Shown here: positions 16,482 to 25,611 of the stretch, in pieces
Layout: each line of letters begins with the position of its first letter
How positions within the stretch are numbered: the stretch's first letter is position 1
Origin: Bacteroidales bacterium
GTDB taxonomy: Bacteria; Bacteroidota; Bacteroidia; Bacteroidales; BM520
Direction of reading: 5' to 3'
NCBI GenBank assembly: GCA_028701815.1
Contig: JAQVPY010000002.1
Coordinates: 1-30,338, forward strand
Length of the DNA: 30,338 nt
Made by a program: the position numbers and the translations under genes
The notes under the pieces: model-generated
Told to the model about the DNA's origin: nothing
Database searches by the model: none
The model's input: the letters and a program-made list of their open reading frames with translations, nothing else

Positions 16482-16516
16482 AAAAAAACGGCAATCTATC
16501 GGTTGCCGTTTTTTTT
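16482..16516. terminator. Bidirectional intrinsic terminator between convergent tonB and uvrC
   Basis: AAAAAAACGGCAA (16482-16494), an 8-nt loop TCTATCGG, then TTGCCGTTTTTTTT (16503-16516). The inverted repeat is perfect and has a T tract on each strand. Confidence 0.85.
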
Positions 16517-18196
16517 GTCCTTTCTCTTCTCTTTCAGCATCTCTTTACTTCGCTTGTTGCGATGATGCGTAATCCCAAACCTGTGAGCCTCATCTCTTAA
16601 TCGCTGTATCAATTTCAGCGTCTCCGAGTCCTTCCCTAAGTATAGGGGATATTCATCCCCCGGGAAATAGATCTCTTCTAATCGCTTGGCTATGCCTATT
16701 ATTGTTACTTTTCCGCGTAAACCTAATTTATCCAGACTGATTAATGCTGAGCTTAACTGTCCCTTCCCGCCGTCGACTATAATCAGCTGTGGCATTTCGG
16801 TACATTCTTCCATTACACGCTTGTATCTCCTGAAAATAACCTCTTCCATAGAAGCAAAGTCGTTGGGACCTTCTACCGTTTTTATATTGTAATGGCGGTA
16901 TTGCGATTTCGCCGGCTTGCCGTCGATAAAGCACACCATGGAGGCTACCGCATTGGTGCCCTGTAAATTGGAGTTGTCGAAACATTCTATCCTTCGCGGA
17001 ATTTCATTCATCCTTAAGTCGTTTTTCATCTTCGTTAAGAGACGCTCGTTTTTAAACTCGGGGTCTACCAGACTCTTCTTTTTTTCTTTTTCTAATATAT
17101 AATATTTGAGATTCCGTTCTGATAATTCCAACAGATGTTTTTTCTCTCCGATACGCGGAACGGTATATTTAACTCCTTGAAAGTCTATAGATGGAATAAA
17201 GGGAATTATTATCTCACGTATATTATTATCTTTGGACACTGTATCAGCATCTCGCATGTTGCCGATAAAGTCGGAGATTATATATGTTAAAATGTAGTCG
17301 TCGGCCTCATCCATCTTTTTCTTCGCTTCAATAGTATGAACCTGCACTAACAGGCCGTTGACCACTTTCATATAATTGATGTATGCGATATCCTTATCAG
17401 AGGTGATGGAGAAGACATCAACGTCTTTGATAGTGGAACTTGCGACCATCGACTTACTGCAATAGTTGCGCAGAATCTCGATTTTATCTTTTGCAGTCTG
17501 CGCCTTTTCAAACTCCATCTTCTCCGCATAAGCGAACATCTCTTTTTCGATCTCTTTTATGACGAAAGATATGTTGCCGGCGATGATATTTCTAACTTCT
17601 TTCACTATTTTGTCGTATTCTTCCTCACTCTGTATACCGGCGCAGGGGCCGAGACATTTTCCGATATGATACTTTAAACACAAACCGTATTTTTTTCTGT
17701 GTACGCTTTCTTCTGTGAGGTTATGTCTGCAAGTGCGTAGGGGATATAACTTCTCGATAACCTCCATCAAGGTGCGCAACATCTTTACGGAAGAATATGG
17801 ACCGAAATATTCCGAGCCGTCATTGACCTTGTTGCGGGTTTTTATTATCCTCGGAAACCTCTCGTTTTTGATACAAAGCCACGGATACGTCTTGTCGTCC
17901 TTCAATAGAATGTTATATCGCGGCTGATGCTTTTTTATCAGGGTGTTTTCTAAAAGAAAAGCATCAGATTCACTGTTGACGACGATGGTGTTTACAGTAG
18001 CTATTTTACCCACGAGAACCTTCGTTTTGCCGGTAACATCCTTCTTGAAATATTGCGGAATACGCTTTTTTAGCGATTTGGCCTTGCCAACATATATAAT
18101 GGCACCATCTTCGCCGGAATATAAATATACGCCGGGACTGTCAGGCAATGCCCTTATCGTGTTGCGCAGTAACGCCTCGTCGTCTTTTAGAAGCAT
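16496..18196 (-). CDS. uvrC: Excinuclease ABC subunit C, lacking the C-terminal (HhH)2 domain
   Basis: GIY-YIG domain (PGVY..IIYVGKAK..ESDAFLLEN.LIK...PRYN..LKDDK.YP), a Cys-rich segment, a UVR helix (AEKMEFEKAQ..KDKI), and an RNase H-like domain with FDNS, VDGGKGQ and RDEAHRF. Confidence 0.95.
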   Translation of the reverse strand: MLLKDDEALLRNTIRALPDSPGVYLYSGEDGAIIYVGKAKSLKKRIPQYFKKDVTGKTKVLVGKIATVNTIVVNSESDAFLLENTLIKKHQPRYNILLKDDKTYPWLCIKNERFPRIIKTRNKVNDGSEYFGPYSSVKMLRTLMEVIEKLYPLRTCRHNLTEESVHRKKYGLCLKYHIGKCLGPCAGIQSEEEYDKIVKEVRNIIAGNISFVIKEIEKEMFAYAEKMEFEKAQTAKDKIEILRNYCSKSMVASSTIKDVDVFSITSDKDIAYINYMKVVNGLLVQVHTIEAKKKMDEADDYILTYIISDFIGNMRDADTVSKDNNIREIIIPFIPSIDFQGVKYTVPRIGEKKHLLELSERNLKYYILEKEKKKSLVDPEFKNERLLTKMKNDLRMNEIPRRIECFDNSNLQGTNAVASMVCFIDGKPAKSQYRHYNIKTVEGPNDFASMEEVIFRRYKRVMEECTEMPQLIIVDGGKGQLSSALISLDKLGLRGKVTIIGIAKRLEEIYFPGDEYPLYLGKDSETLKLIQRLRDEAHRFGITHHRNKRSKEMLKEKRKDKKNGNR

Positions 18197-18200
18197 ATTA

Positions 18201-19250
18201 TTATTGCCTAAATGAATCCCACCCCTGGGCTTTTATTTCTACCTCTTTGTTGTCTTTAGTTATTAATAAGGCGACATCTTTAGATTCTGTAATATGACCT
18301 ATTATGGATATTTGCGGGATGTCTTTGATGGCTTCATAATCTTTTTGAGAGACAGTAAAGAGCAGCTCATAATCTTCGCCACCGTTCATTGCTGCGGTCA
18401 TCGGACTGATATTAAAATCGTTGCATGCAATAATCGTTGCAGGGTCTATGGGAACCTTGTCTTCATAAATAGCGCATCCCACACCGGAATTTTTGCAGAT
18501 ATGATGCAGCTCGGAAGCCAGACCGTCGGAAACATCTATCATGGCTGTGGGTACGACGTTTTTTGCTTTTAGTATCTCTATGATGTCAAACCTCGCTTCA
18601 GGACGGAGGCATCGTCCCAATACGTATTCGTTCCCTGACAGGTCGGGCTGCATATTGGGGTTGGCTTTCCATGCCGCCTTTTCTCTTTCGAGAATTAGCA
18701 ATCCCATGTATGACGCACCTAAATTTCCGGACACACAAATCAGGTCGTTGACCTGCGCGCCGCTTCTGTAAGCAATCTTCCCTTTTTCCCCTTCTCCTAT
18801 TACGGTGACCGAGATAAACAGGCTGCTTAAACTCGAGGTGGTGTCACCGCCTACAAGGTCGACATGATGATTCTTGCAGGCCTGCAATATTCCTGCATAG
18901 AGCTCTTTTATCGCCTCTACGCTGAACCTTGAAGGAATCGCAAGACTTACGGTGATTTGTTTTGGAGTGCCGTTCATCGCATAAATGTCGGAGAAATTTA
19001 CTGCAGCCGACTTATAACCTAAATGTTTCAATGGCGTATATACCATGTCGAAATGTACTCCTTCAACAAGCAAGTCCGTCGAAATCAGCACTTCCTTGTC
19101 GGGATACTCCAACACTGCGCAATCGTCGCCGATACCTTTATATGTCGACTTGTCTCTGCATTGAAAATCTCTCGTAATCTCATCAATGAGCTTAAATTCA
19201 CCCAATGAATTTAAGTCGGTTACCTTTGTGTTATCTTCAAATATGTCCAT
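18201..19250 (-). CDS. thiL: Thiamine-monophosphate kinase
   Basis: Motifs LGEF.LI, GIGDDCAV, STDLLVEGVHFD, NFSDIYAMNGTP, GGDTT, MIDVSDGLASEL and GGEDYELLFT. Confidence 0.96.
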   Translation of the reverse strand: MDIFEDNTKVTDLNSLGEFKLIDEITRDFQCRDKSTYKGIGDDCAVLEYPDKEVLISTDLLVEGVHFDMVYTPLKHLGYKSAAVNFSDIYAMNGTPKQITVSLAIPSRFSVEAIKELYAGILQACKNHHVDLVGGDTTSSLSSLFISVTVIGEGEKGKIAYRSGAQVNDLICVSGNLGASYMGLLILEREKAAWKANPNMQPDLSGNEYVLGRCLRPEARFDIIEILKAKNVVPTAMIDVSDGLASELHHICKNSGVGCAIYEDKVPIDPATIIACNDFNISPMTAAMNGGEDYELLFTVSQKDYEAIKDIPQISIIGHITESKDVALLITKDNKEVEIKAQGWDSFRQ

Positions 19251-19272
19251 ATCTATATTTTATTTTGACACA

Positions 19273-19280
19273 CAAAAATA
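19273..19280 (-). promoter_or_regulatory. -7 element for thiL-uvrC
   Basis: The + strand CAAAAATA reads TATTTTTG on the - strand, 22 nt before the thiL ATG. Confidence 0.55.
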
Positions 19281-19343
19281 GATAAATTATTTCATTTAAA
19301 TATTTTATTCTTTAAAAGACACCATTTTTATCAATAACAACGT

Positions 19344-19351
19344 TATCTTTG
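19344..19351 (+). promoter_or_regulatory. -7 element for the GH13-patatin genes (divergent from thiL)
   Basis: TATCTTTG, 18 nt before the ATG at 19370. Confidence 0.55.
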
Positions 19352-19369
19352 TAGTTTAAAGCTATAAAT

Positions 19370-21016
19370 ATGAAAGACTTGTTTACTGTTATGAGAGAAG
19401 CGTGGAGCGAATTATACAGCGATTCCTGTGACGATGCTTTTAATGCCTTTTGTGAAGAATTGAAAGATTTTAAAAAGAATCTGTCTCTTCCTCCTGCCGA
19501 ACATTTCTGGTATAAGAAGGCGGTAGTTTATTCTCTTTATGTCGACTTGTTTAATGATAATTTTGCCGGATTGTCTAAAAAGCTCGATTATCTTCAAAAT
19601 CTTGGTATCAACTGCCTCTGGCTGCTGCCTGTTCTCGACTCCCCAATGAAAGACGCTGGCTTCGATGTAAGAAATTATTACCTTATGCGTAAAGCCCTTT
19701 TTGGCTTGAAGAATGACGCCCCCGATTCTGAGGCGGAAAAACTCTTCGACGATTTTCTTAATGAGGCCCATAAAAGAAATATTAGGATAATATTCGATGT
19801 GGCATTAAATCACTGCTCTAATGAAAACCCCTGGTTTATGCAGTCGAAAGACGATAAAACAAATTGCTATAGAAATTATTTCATCTGGAATAAAGACGAT
19901 AAAAAATATGCAAAGGCCCGTTTGATTTTTAAAGGTATGTGCCCAAGCAACTGGGAAAAATACGGAGACGAATATTATTTCCATAGATTTTTTGAGTTTC
20001 AGCCCGACTTGAATTATAGAAATCACAAGGTGTTGCTTGAGATGATACATGTAATCCTTTATTGGTTGAATCTTGGCGTGGACGGTTTTCGTGCCGATGC
20101 TATACCTTATCTGTGGAAAGAAGAGAATACCGACTGTGAAAACCTCGAAGGTACTCATACGATTCTAAGGTTTATTAAGGCCGTCCTCGACTATGTGCGT
20201 CCGAATATGTTGCTGCTTGCCGAAGCCTGTCAGCCTCCTGAGGAAGTGGTGAAATATTTTGGAAAAGCCGATGAGTGCAATGCAGGCTATCATTTTCCGC
20301 TGATGCCGATGATATACAAGACCCTTGCAATGAAAAACCGCAAACCTATAGTTGATATCCTCGCTACTGACGTAACACCCGAGGTGTCTATTGAAAGTCA
20401 GTGGTTTATGTTTTTGAGGTGCCACGATGAACTTAGCCTCGAACTTGTATATGTAAGCGAAGAGGATAGAAAATACATCCATGACAACTATTGCCATAAG
20501 CCGCAATGGGACTTTAGACTTGGGGAAGGTATTTCGGCTCGTTTAAGTGAACTGATGCAGTTTGACGTAGAGAAGGAATTGCTCGCTTATTCTATTATGC
20601 TAACCTTGCCGGGTACGCCTATTATATATTATGGCGATGAATTCGGAAAGGGCAACGACGAAGAATATTATCGCGAACAAAAAGTGTTTACGGGTAAAGA
20701 CGACACAAGATTTTTGGTTAGAGGTAAAATCGACTGGGATAACGTGGAAAAACAACTCGCCGATGAAAATTCGTTTTCGTATAAACTGTTTTCACAGTTG
20801 AAGACGATGATAAATAAAAGAAATGAAACAAACATCTTCGGCTCCGGAAAGCTCGAATGGGTGGATTTAAATAATGATTCCATTCTTGCATATTTCCGTG
20901 TGTCGGAGGAAGGAAAAAAACTTGTAATAAATAACCTGCTCGATGTTCCGCAAACGGTTGAGATACAGGGATACGGGACCATACAGCTCGGCAGGTACGG
21001 TTTTATATGGCTGTAA
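19370..21016 (+). CDS. Cytoplasmic GH13 glycoside hydrolase/transglucosylase, trehalose-synthase (TreS)-like
   Basis: GH13 regions DVALNHCS, GFRADAIPYLWK (nucleophile Asp), LLAEACQ (acid/base Glu), FLRCHDELSLE and LTLPGTPIIYYGDE. TreS-like YFHRFFEFQPDLNY and TDCENL. No signal peptide. Confidence 0.8.
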   Translation: MKDLFTVMREAWSELYSDSCDDAFNAFCEELKDFKKNLSLPPAEHFWYKKAVVYSLYVDLFNDNFAGLSKKLDYLQNLGINCLWLLPVLDSPMKDAGFDVRNYYLMRKALFGLKNDAPDSEAEKLFDDFLNEAHKRNIRIIFDVALNHCSNENPWFMQSKDDKTNCYRNYFIWNKDDKKYAKARLIFKGMCPSNWEKYGDEYYFHRFFEFQPDLNYRNHKVLLEMIHVILYWLNLGVDGFRADAIPYLWKEENTDCENLEGTHTILRFIKAVLDYVRPNMLLLAEACQPPEEVVKYFGKADECNAGYHFPLMPMIYKTLAMKNRKPIVDILATDVTPEVSIESQWFMFLRCHDELSLELVYVSEEDRKYIHDNYCHKPQWDFRLGEGISARLSELMQFDVEKELLAYSIMLTLPGTPIIYYGDEFGKGNDEEYYREQKVFTGKDDTRFLVRGKIDWDNVEKQLADENSFSYKLFSQLKTMINKRNETNIFGSGKLEWVDLNNDSILAYFRVSEEGKKLVINNLLDVPQTVEIQGYGTIQLGRYGFIWL

Positions 21017-23214
21017 GAGGGAAAATATTATTTTTCTTTGTGCTCATATTTTTAATGGGCAGTTATTCTTATGCTCAAAATGCTCCGGATAAACGCCCCT
21101 CTGTCGGAATCGTCCTTTCCGGTGGCGGCGCTAAGGGCTTTGCACATATCGGAGTTTTGCAGGTCCTCGCAGAAAAGAATATCCCCGTGGATATGATTGG
21201 AGGGACCTCTATAGGTAGCTATGTGGGAGGCTTGCTCGCAGCCGGATATTCCCCCTGTGAAATTGAAGACCTCGCCGAGTCTTTTGACTGGCAGACTATC
21301 ATGTCTGACGAGATACCACGCGATTATGTTATCTTCGACGAAAGAGACTCCTATAGCAAATATCTTGTTGAGTTGACTTTCGATAGACATTATATGCCTC
21401 AACTGCCCGGCGGACTGATTAGAGGACAAAACCTTGAGGAAATGCTCCAGTCCCATTTTTGGAACTGTCTCACAATATCGGACTTCAATAAACTGCCTAT
21501 CCCTTTTTATTGTGTGGCTGCGGATATCATCAAGAGTAAAGCTGTGGTCCTCGATAAAGGATATCTTCCTCAGGCAATTAGGGCCTCTATTGCCGTCCCG
21601 ACTATCTTCGCTCCTGTCAAAATCGACAAGATGCTGCTCTCTGACGGCGGCTGTTATAATAATTTCCCTACCGCCGAGATGAGAGAAAAAGGCGCGGATA
21701 TCGTTATAGGAGTTAATGTGGGCTTCGCAATAGATGAAATACCCGACGCATCAAAAAATATGCTCGACATCGCTAATCAGATTTTGTGGACAAATAACGT
21801 GGAAGCTAATGCGGAATCCCGTAAGTTGTGCGATATTCTTATAGAACCGGATACTCGCGGTTATTCTTCCACCTCTTTCTCTTCAGTAGAAGAACTCGTG
21901 CAGATAGGAAGAAATGCCGCCCTCGCAATGGAAAAAGAACTCGACTCTCTTGCCCTATTGTTGGCTGTAACTGAAACAGACTCTTCCCCGTCACATAATG
22001 AAATAACAAAGATGGCTATTGGAGAATATGTGATCTCCGGATTACATAATACTTCACCACAGTATTTTATTCATAATATGCTTCTGCCATTAGATGTTAA
22101 AATATCCTCTAATGATATAAATTCCGGAATAATGAGATGTCGCGGAACCATGAACTACGAGAATATCTCATATAAGATCCGACAAATAGATTCGGTTAAT
22201 GTCCTCGATATTAATGTTGCTGAAAAAAAGCCTATCTCCGTCGGCGTAGGTGTAGGCTATGATACCGATATGAAAACAAATTTTAACATCGGGTTAGACG
22301 TTAGAAATCTGTTTTTTAAATCTACCAAATTGAGCGCCGACCTGCTGATAAGCCGTTTTCCGTCGATATCGCTGACCTATTTGTATTTTCCAAACTCAAA
22401 AGATATACACAGATATACGGTATTTCCTTCTTTGGGCGCAAATGTGTCTCTTTCTATGTTCCAGCTTTTTGAATACAAGGAAAGACAGAGGATATCCGAG
22501 ATGCAGTTCTTTACTTTTTCGGAGAAGCTGTTCTTCAATGTCATCTTCAGTCGCCACTTCGCTTTTGAAGTGGGACTTCGAAATATTAATGGCACCGGCC
22601 ACTATCTCGTGCATGTCGGAGAGATGCCTAATGTCGTCGAAAATGCAGTGAGCGCATATACAATGCTCTCAAAAGACCGCCTTAACCATGCCGCATATCC
22701 AACAAGAGGCGACAAACTTAATATAAAGGCTTCTTTTGACGTGCCATATTTTTGTGAACTGCCTTATAATTTAGGCCTGTCATTCAATTATTCTGTTGTC
22801 GTTCCCCTCGGTAAAAAAGTTTTTATGAGCCCTGCAATAGATGTGTTTGTCAACTCTTCGGATACATTGTGGCGCTCCGGGAAATTATATATCGGAGGTA
22901 TGAATGGCTATAAGGACATGAACAGCATCTCTTTTGCGGGGTATGGCCTAAGTGAAATAGTGACTAATAATACGCTTGTGGTCGCTCTTGATTTTAGATG
23001 GCATGTTGCGAAAAACCATCATCTGCTTTTTAAATCGAATTTCGGCATAATGACCGATCGGCTCTTCTCGACTGATGAATGGCAGTATAAAGCAGGGGTG
23101 GGACTCGGCTATAGTTTCGACAGCTTTATAGGACCCCTCGAAATAATAGTGTCTAATTCAATTCTCGAAAGAGGCAAGCCCAAAATATGGGTGTGTTTAG
23201 GTTATAAAATATAA
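21007..23214 (+). CDS. Patatin-like phospholipase with POTRA-like and beta-barrel C-terminus (PlpD-type)
   Basis: Signal peptide, VLSGGGAKGFAHIG, GTSIG (catalytic Ser) and DGG (catalytic Asp). The C-terminal strands end DSFIGPLE..WVCLGYKI. Confidence 0.85.
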   Translation: MAVRGKILFFFVLIFLMGSYSYAQNAPDKRPSVGIVLSGGGAKGFAHIGVLQVLAEKNIPVDMIGGTSIGSYVGGLLAAGYSPCEIEDLAESFDWQTIMSDEIPRDYVIFDERDSYSKYLVELTFDRHYMPQLPGGLIRGQNLEEMLQSHFWNCLTISDFNKLPIPFYCVAADIIKSKAVVLDKGYLPQAIRASIAVPTIFAPVKIDKMLLSDGGCYNNFPTAEMREKGADIVIGVNVGFAIDEIPDASKNMLDIANQILWTNNVEANAESRKLCDILIEPDTRGYSSTSFSSVEELVQIGRNAALAMEKELDSLALLLAVTETDSSPSHNEITKMAIGEYVISGLHNTSPQYFIHNMLLPLDVKISSNDINSGIMRCRGTMNYENISYKIRQIDSVNVLDINVAEKKPISVGVGVGYDTDMKTNFNIGLDVRNLFFKSTKLSADLLISRFPSISLTYLYFPNSKDIHRYTVFPSLGANVSLSMFQLFEYKERQRISEMQFFTFSEKLFFNVIFSRHFAFEVGLRNINGTGHYLVHVGEMPNVVENAVSAYTMLSKDRLNHAAYPTRGDKLNIKASFDVPYFCELPYNLGLSFNYSVVVPLGKKVFMSPAIDVFVNSSDTLWRSGKLYIGGMNGYKDMNSISFAGYGLSEIVTNNTLVVALDFRWHVAKNHHLLFKSNFGIMTDRLFSTDEWQYKAGVGLGYSFDSFIGPLEIIVSNSILERGKPKIWVCLGYKI

Positions 23215-23222
23215 AATTGAGT

Positions 23223-25505
23223 ATGAAACGAATTGTAGGAATATTATCTTTTCTCGCGATATTGTCGTTACAGTGTGAGGCACAAAGTGTTGGCCTCGTC
23301 CTTAGCGGTGGAGGTGCCCGCGGTATGGCTCATATCGGTATCATAAAGGCTCTCGAAGATAACAATATCCCTATTGATTATGTGGCGGGGACTTCTATTG
23401 GCGCAATTGTGGGCGCCCTTTATGCTTCCGGCTATACTGTAGAAGAGATGACCGAAATATTCACGGGTGGAGATATGGACGATTATCTCTCACCCGCGCA
23501 AGAAGAAAGTACGGGCTTTTTGTTACAGGAGCAGTTCAACGACCCCCAATGGTTTAATGTGAAATTTGATTTGGATACTATAGTGAGAAAGAGGCTTATT
23601 CCTTCCAATATCATCTCCCCGTATGCTATGGATTATGGCCTTATAGAATATTTTGCACAGGCGACGACAGTCTGCGAAGAAGATTTTGATAAACTTATGG
23701 TGCCCTTCAGATGTATAGCATCTTCTATTAATGACAACGCTGCTTATGTCTTGCGACAGGGTGACCTCGGGTCTGCCGTCAGAGCATCCATGTCGTTTCC
23801 TATCTTCTTTCGCCCCGTCGAAATAGACGGCAAAGTACTTATGGATGGTGGTATGTATGACAACTTCCCCGTGGGGATTATGGATGAAGACTTTCACCCT
23901 GACATCATTATAGGAAGCGTAGTGTCTTCCAATTACAGTGATCCGGACATTGACGACCTCGTGTCGCTGGTGCAGAATATCTTTATGACGGACACCGATT
24001 TTTCTGTTCCTGATAACGGCGTGCTCCTCGAACCTGACGTTACGTCAACATCTCTGCTCAATTTTTCTAATACCACCGCCCTTGTCGAAATAGGATATAA
24101 CGAATGCCTATCGAAAATGGACACTATTAAGTCGCTTATCTCTCGAACTGTCTCGGAAGATGAACTCAAAAATAAACGGGAACACTTTAATCAGCAGAAA
24201 AAACCGCTGTTTTTCGGCGATGTATATACCGACAATATGACTCCGCGACAACAAAAGTATGTGGATATGATGATGATGGGTAAACGTCAGTTTATTTCTA
24301 CTCAGGAACTGCACGAAAAATATGAGACCCTTATAGCAGACGCCAATATTCGTTCCGCTTATCCCCTGGCTATTTATAACGACTCTACTCATTTATATGA
24401 TATGCACCTGAATGTAGTAAGAGAGATGAACTTCGAGGCTTCTATCGGAGGAGTCCTGTCCTGGGGCGGCGTAAGCGATATCTATTGCGGATTGCGCTAT
24501 CTGTATTTCGGAAGATTCTCACTCAACTCTAAATTGAATTTTTACCTGGGGAATTTTTATAAGTCTATCGGCGTGTGCGCGAAACTTATTTATCCGCTTA
24601 ATGTGCCGCTGTCGGTGACTTTGGATGCTTCTTTTAATGAAAAGAATTATTTTTCCACTGCCGGCACCTTCTTTACCGACGCTTCTCCCTCTTATCTGAT
24701 TCAAGACGAACAGCATGTCCTTGCTGAACTTTCCCTGCCCGTCAAAAAACGCTCCGTTGCAGGTGTCGAAACAGCAGGATTTAAGATGAAAGATGATTTT
24801 TATAATACCAATTATTTTTCGAGTCTCGACACCTTTGACGTCAGTACGTTAACGGGTTTTGTCGCAGGTGTGTTCTTTCGTACGAATACTATGAACGACT
24901 ATTTATACCCCGACAAAGGATATAAATTTAAGGCGGGAATAGATTATATGATAGGAAAAGAAATCTATTATCCCGGCACTACCTCTCTGCAACCGTCGGA
25001 AGATAAAATACGTCATAGCAGGTTCAGAATAAAGATATCCTATGAACACTTCGTCCTAAGCAGAAAGTTATTCTCCTTAGGCATCTCGGCTCAGACTGTG
25101 TGGTCGAATCCTACATGCGCCTCCAACTATACTGCCTCCCTTCTGCATGCCGACGCTTTTACACCGTTTCCGGACAGCAAGATAAGATTTCTGCCGGAAT
25201 ATAGAGCCTACAATTATGCGGCTGCCGGCGCAAAATGCATAGTTAAACTGCCATATAATTTTATGATTTCACTGGAAGGTTACGCCTTTATCCCGTTTTT
25301 TCAAATGCAGGAAATGGACAACCATAGCGTGGAGTTCGGCAAATTTTTCGATAAAACGTATTATCTGGCTTCTGCTTCTATAATATTTAAAAATGCTTTC
25401 GCGCCCGTGAGCGTTAACTTCAACCTTTATAATAATAAAGAAACGCCGTTTTCCGTTTCTTTTAATGTGGGATATTTATTGTTCAACAGATATGCCCTGG
25501 ATTAA
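23223..25505 (+). CDS. Second patatin-like phospholipase with beta-strand-rich C-terminal domain
   Basis: ATG at 23223 (MKRIVGILSFLAILSLQCEAQ), VLSGGGARGMAHIG, GTSIG, RASMSFP and MDGGMYDNFP. It ends FNVGYLLFNRYALD. Confidence 0.85.
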   Translation: MKRIVGILSFLAILSLQCEAQSVGLVLSGGGARGMAHIGIIKALEDNNIPIDYVAGTSIGAIVGALYASGYTVEEMTEIFTGGDMDDYLSPAQEESTGFLLQEQFNDPQWFNVKFDLDTIVRKRLIPSNIISPYAMDYGLIEYFAQATTVCEEDFDKLMVPFRCIASSINDNAAYVLRQGDLGSAVRASMSFPIFFRPVEIDGKVLMDGGMYDNFPVGIMDEDFHPDIIIGSVVSSNYSDPDIDDLVSLVQNIFMTDTDFSVPDNGVLLEPDVTSTSLLNFSNTTALVEIGYNECLSKMDTIKSLISRTVSEDELKNKREHFNQQKKPLFFGDVYTDNMTPRQQKYVDMMMMGKRQFISTQELHEKYETLIADANIRSAYPLAIYNDSTHLYDMHLNVVREMNFEASIGGVLSWGGVSDIYCGLRYLYFGRFSLNSKLNFYLGNFYKSIGVCAKLIYPLNVPLSVTLDASFNEKNYFSTAGTFFTDASPSYLIQDEQHVLAELSLPVKKRSVAGVETAGFKMKDDFYNTNYFSSLDTFDVSTLTGFVAGVFFRTNTMNDYLYPDKGYKFKAGIDYMIGKEIYYPGTTSLQPSEDKIRHSRFRIKISYEHFVLSRKLFSLGISAQTVWSNPTCASNYTASLLHADAFTPFPDSKIRFLPEYRAYNYAAAGAKCIVKLPYNFMISLEGYAFIPFFQMQEMDNHSVEFGKFFDKTYYLASASIIFKNAFAPVSVNFNLYNNKETPFSVSFNVGYLLFNRYALD

Positions 25506-25525
25506 TTGTTTTCAAATAAATTTTG

Positions 25526-25533
25526 TACATTTG
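25526..25533 (+). promoter_or_regulatory. -7 element upstream of the DUF349 gene
   Basis: TACATTTG(CA), 78 nt before the ATG at 25612. Confidence 0.55.
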
Positions 25534-25611
25534 CAAACGATTATTTAATAAAATTTTACTATCAGTTTTGTACAACAAAACGAATTCTAATCTGTTAAAA
25601 CAGAAAAAATT

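Noticed and set aside
16455-16498. Stop read-through or recoding that restores the UvrC HhH domain
   Set aside because: Past the TAG the minus frame reads IAVFL and stops at TAA. No HhH-like sequence is present before tonB. All three stop codons end genes normally in this window, so there is no sign of an alternative genetic code.
19251-19369. TPP riboswitch upstream of thiL
   Set aside because: The spacer is only 119 nt, AT-rich, occupied by two divergent -7 boxes, and lacks the CUGAGA core.
85-23222. Track start codons at 85, 11516, 11907, 15346 and 23217
   Set aside because: Each overlaps an upstream gene or a promoter box, or is a product of the frameshift. The ATGs at 94, 11382, 11982, 15373 and 23223 give clean signal peptides or conserved N-termini.
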